Assembly (NCBI RefSeq): GCF_006345805.1
Contig: NW_021833716.1
Location: forward strand, 1-55,746
DNA length: 55,746 nucleotides
Source of the DNA: Octopus sinensis
Taxonomy: Eukaryota
Direction of reading: 5' to 3'
Part shown: positions 52,270-55,746 of the stretch, in pieces
How the letters are laid out: each line of letters starts with the position of its first letter
Numbering within the stretch: position 1 is the stretch's first letter
The notes under the pieces: model-generated
Database searches by the model: none
Seen by the model: the letters and a program-made list of their open reading frames with translations, nothing else
What the model was told of the DNA's origin: nothing
Translations under genes and position numbers: made by a program

Positions 52270-53567
52270 ATGAGGATTCTAAGAACCCCTAATGGGGGCC
52301 TAAACTACCAAATTTTAGTCATTTTTTAAAGATCCAAAAACAAGGTCAAAAGTACTGATTGGATCTTTACGAAATTTGGAAATTATATTCTACGCCTAAG
52401 GGCCATAACCTCCATGACATTCATCTATTTTTGCTGTTGATGAAATTTTAACCATAGATATTACACACAAATGAAGTAAAACTTATAAAAGTTCATCTTC
52501 TTACAAGTTAGAAAGACCCCTCCATGGGGACTTAACACCCACAATTTAGTCATTTTATCTAAGCAAAGACGAATACAGTTGTACTCTTGGAAACTGTAGG
52601 GTCACCCGAGCATAAAAGATGAACATTATTTGGAATTCAATAGTACAAGTGTGTAAGAGTTTGCTTTGAGATATATAAGTTGTCAAGTAAATGAGAGGCA
52701 TCTTTGCCTCCACTAATTCAGTTGCAAAGTGTTGAGTAAAGTTATTTGATTGCAGACCTCCTTTCAGTCTTTTTATTATCACTCGGTCACACATAGTCCC
52801 TAGATGGTAACATTGATTTCAATGCCTTCTCAGATGCGTGACTGGTTATTCAAAGACATTTATAGATTTATAAATTTATTCTGTCCAGTTACGTATCAGT
52901 ATAGTGGTCATTTGCAAACTCCAGATGTGACACTTTCATTTCTCCTTAGTCCTGACGTCACACAGTTGTTAATGTTTATTTCAGTTGGGTCACGCCCTTC
53001 CAATTGTTCTAGAACCGTAATGCATCTTATTGCTGTGCCTGTCACCTGGATGGTGAGGAATCCTACATTGGGAGTGGTAACGACTAGGGTAGGGTAGCTG
53101 ACTGCTTATTGTGATCATTCGTCTTTTGGTTTCCTGTAGCTTTGTTCTCTTTTACATATCCAGTGAACATACATATATTTCCTATTTCAAAGAAATTCAA
53201 ACAATAGATATAAGACCCAAGTTAAAAAGATTCTCAACAATTCAACTTCTCTGGTTGACATTAAGACACCCACCCCCAATAGGGGCCTTAACTCCCACAT
53301 TTTAGAGCCCCAGGATCTCCATTTTTCAGGAGCAAAATCTTTTTAACAGGTTCCATAAGACTGGAATTTTGGAATCTGCGCATAAAGATCAGTAGTAGGG
53401 GATACATGTGTCATCATTAGAATTTTTTTAGAGTGTGTAAAGAGGGAAAGAACCCTCCTCTGCAATTTTGATGAAATTCGATTCATAGGTATTCCAGTTC
53501 ATTAGAGAAAATATAACAGAAAAGTCTAATTGCATGTAACACGGGCAACGCTGGGTATCTCTGGTAG
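52270..53567 (+). mobile_element. Probable decayed non-autonomous Helitron-like element
   Basis: 3' end cgggcaacgctgggtatctctggtag resembles a Helitron terminal hairpin + CTAG; internal repeated acccc..ggggg..cacaatttag motifs and an aaagtactgattggatctttacgaaatttgg motif. Confidence 0.4.
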
Positions 53568-54247
53568 CATATTATATAGGCTGCGACAAGGATCCTGGGT
53601 GCGGTCACTTTAACAGACTTCAATGGAGTCTTCACGAAGTGGCTGCAGCGTTGAAACAAGTGCATTTAAGTCAGAAAATCCTGTTTTGAAGTTAACAAAT
53701 GTCTTTCCTGAAGAAGTCTAAAACACTTGGAATGCACCTTGTATTAATTTAAGTTACAGCTGTATCAAAATATAAAAGAAATACAGAGTTAAAAAGAAGG
53801 AAACTCTATATTATCGTTGAACCTGATAGAAGTAACGACTAAATCCTTCAAATCCCTTAGAACAGGGTACGTTGGATAATGTAGAACCGTTTCGAGGTAG
53901 ACAAGAATAAAGAAAAGACATGGGTAGAATACACTTGGTCATAGACTTGTTAGATCAAGGCTGGTCTGGAGAAAAATAACAAGAACAAATTAAGTACAAA
54001 GTCACCGAGGTTAATTAAAGATGAAGAAATATAAGTGCGTGTCCTTAATTAGTCACACAAAGCGCATTGCTGAAGCGATTATCTACGAGGTAGACGTCAA
54101 GTAACCCATGCGGGTGTGCATGTGTGTGTGTATGCGTGTGTGTTTGTGTGTGTGAGTGTGTATGTGTGAGTGTATGTGAGTCTGTGTGTGTAAGTGTGTG
54201 CGTGTGTATGTGTGTTTGTATGTATGAGTGTGTATGTGTATTTGTAT

Positions 54248-54482
54248 ATCTTTTATCTTTAATCTTTTACCTGTTTCAGTCATTAGACTGTGGCCATGTT
54301 GGAGCATCAGCTTGAATTTTTTGTCGAAGAAATCGACCCCACTACACACTTTTTAAGCCTGGTACTCATTCTATCGGGCTCTAGATTATGGGGACGTAAA
54401 CGCACCAACACCGCTTGTCAAGTTGTGATGGGGAGGACAAACAAAAACACCAAGACACACACATATGTAATATACATACATA

Positions 54483-54548
<66 letters not shown>

Positions 54549-54712
54549 CGACGGATTCTTTCAGTTTCCGTCTACCAAATCCACTCACAAGGCTTTGGTT
54601 GTCCCGAGGCTATATAGTAAGAAATTTACCCAAAGTGCCACGCAGTGGGACTGGACCCGGGACCATGTGGTTGGTAAGCAAACTACTTTCCACACAGCCA
54701 CTCCTGCGCCTA
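54248..54712 (-). mobile_element. Full-length S2 SINE
   Basis: Minus strand aggcgcaggagtggctgtgtgg...gggtccagtcccactgcgtggcactttggg...internal (TA)n...gactgaaacaggtaaaag. Confidence 0.9.
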
Positions 54713-54759
54713 TAATGTTTATGTAAAATATGTTACACTTCTGAATGAAGTACTTTCAG

Positions 54760-54980
54760 ATGCAGGTGGTGTAGGAACCACTATTTACTCGACAGATCTA
54801 TCAGAAATAGTAGCTAACCGTCCCTTAAATCATAACCTCCAGTCTTAGATATCGACGATATGTGGAATCAAAATAGTCCGAGATATACTTTCTGGGAAAA
54901 GATGAAATGGTCACGGCTGGAAAGTTTTTCATCAAAGGCCAACTTCACCAGAACTGTGTTAGGTTAAACTACAATAACCA
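54760..54980 (+). mobile_element. Old dispersed repeat ending in an (AAC)-like tail
   Basis: agaaatagtagctaa..aaatggtcacggctggaa..aggttaaac; diverged relatives appear at about 10700-10900, 45120-45255 and 53810-53990. Confidence 0.4.
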
Positions 54981-55262
54981 CGATTTTATATGGCAACGGT
55001 CTGCCTGGAGCCAAACCACGTGACTATTAACTGCCGACAAATGGAACGCATTATGGAGCATAATCGATAGCGTTTGACCTGACACGTGATACAGATCGAT
55101 TACTGATATTTTCAATCGTTGTTTTATGTGTTTATAAAAGTAATTAATGGTTAAGTCTGCTTATTATAATCGTTAATTTATAATTTATGCATGTCTGCGT
55201 ATGAATTTGTATTTTCTGTGCGTGCGTGTGTATGTGTGTGTATGTGTATGTGTGTGTGTGTG

Positions 55263-55325
<63 letters not shown>

Positions 55326-55746
55326 TGTGGACGTTGTTTGATGCAGTAATCTGTCCGAGCGGTTAAAAAGCTTGTTCCGTAATCATGAAACCTCGGGTTC
55401 AATCCTGCAGTGTGGTATCTTAGACAAGTCTTTTATCGCAACCTCGTATCGACGCAAGCCTTGTAGATGATAATCGATACAATGGAAACTGTATGGAAGC
55501 CTGTCAGTTGGGCAATAATGTTAAGAAGTACAGGTGGATTTAAAATAAAGTACCAGTTGTGTATTGGGGGTTCATCGATCGACTTCTTTCCTGTTTGTTT
55601 GTCTATCTGTTTATTATCTATCAGTCTGTATGTCTCTCTGTCTGCTTGTCTCTCTATCTGTCTATCTGTTTGTCAGTCTCTATCTCCCTCTCTCTGTCTT
55701 TCTTTCTCTCTGTCTCTCTGTCTGTCTGTCTGTCTGTCTGTCTGTC

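Overview
This is a eukaryotic, AT-rich, non-coding window saturated with microsatellites ((TA)n, (CA)n, (TATG)n, (TAGA)n, (CAC)n, (CAT)n, (AAT)n). The repeat content points to a cephalopod, most likely Octopus (inference). I find no intact protein-coding gene. Almost all listed ORFs are translated microsatellites. The real coding signal consists of dead LINE fragments (two R4/Dong-type, two RTE-type) and one plausible 51-nt microexon on the minus strand. The window is dominated by at least three tRNA-derived SINE families, several MITEs, a probable Helitron relic and minisatellites. The main unexplained structure is about a dozen minimal type-I hammerhead ribozyme (HHR) motifs from several unrelated short repeat families, of the kind known from Penelope-like element terminal repeats and animal retrozymes, usually next to (TA)n tracts. 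They include (i) a 340-bp head-to-tail HHR dimer that would release a 340-nt monomer or circle, (ii) a family with a compensatory G3-C8 core swap (GUGAACA) whose stems stay paired in two diverged copies, (iii) a family with U at core position 6, and (iv) an HHR module abutting a tRNA-like Pol III head. All structures were read by eye; no activity or database match has been tested.
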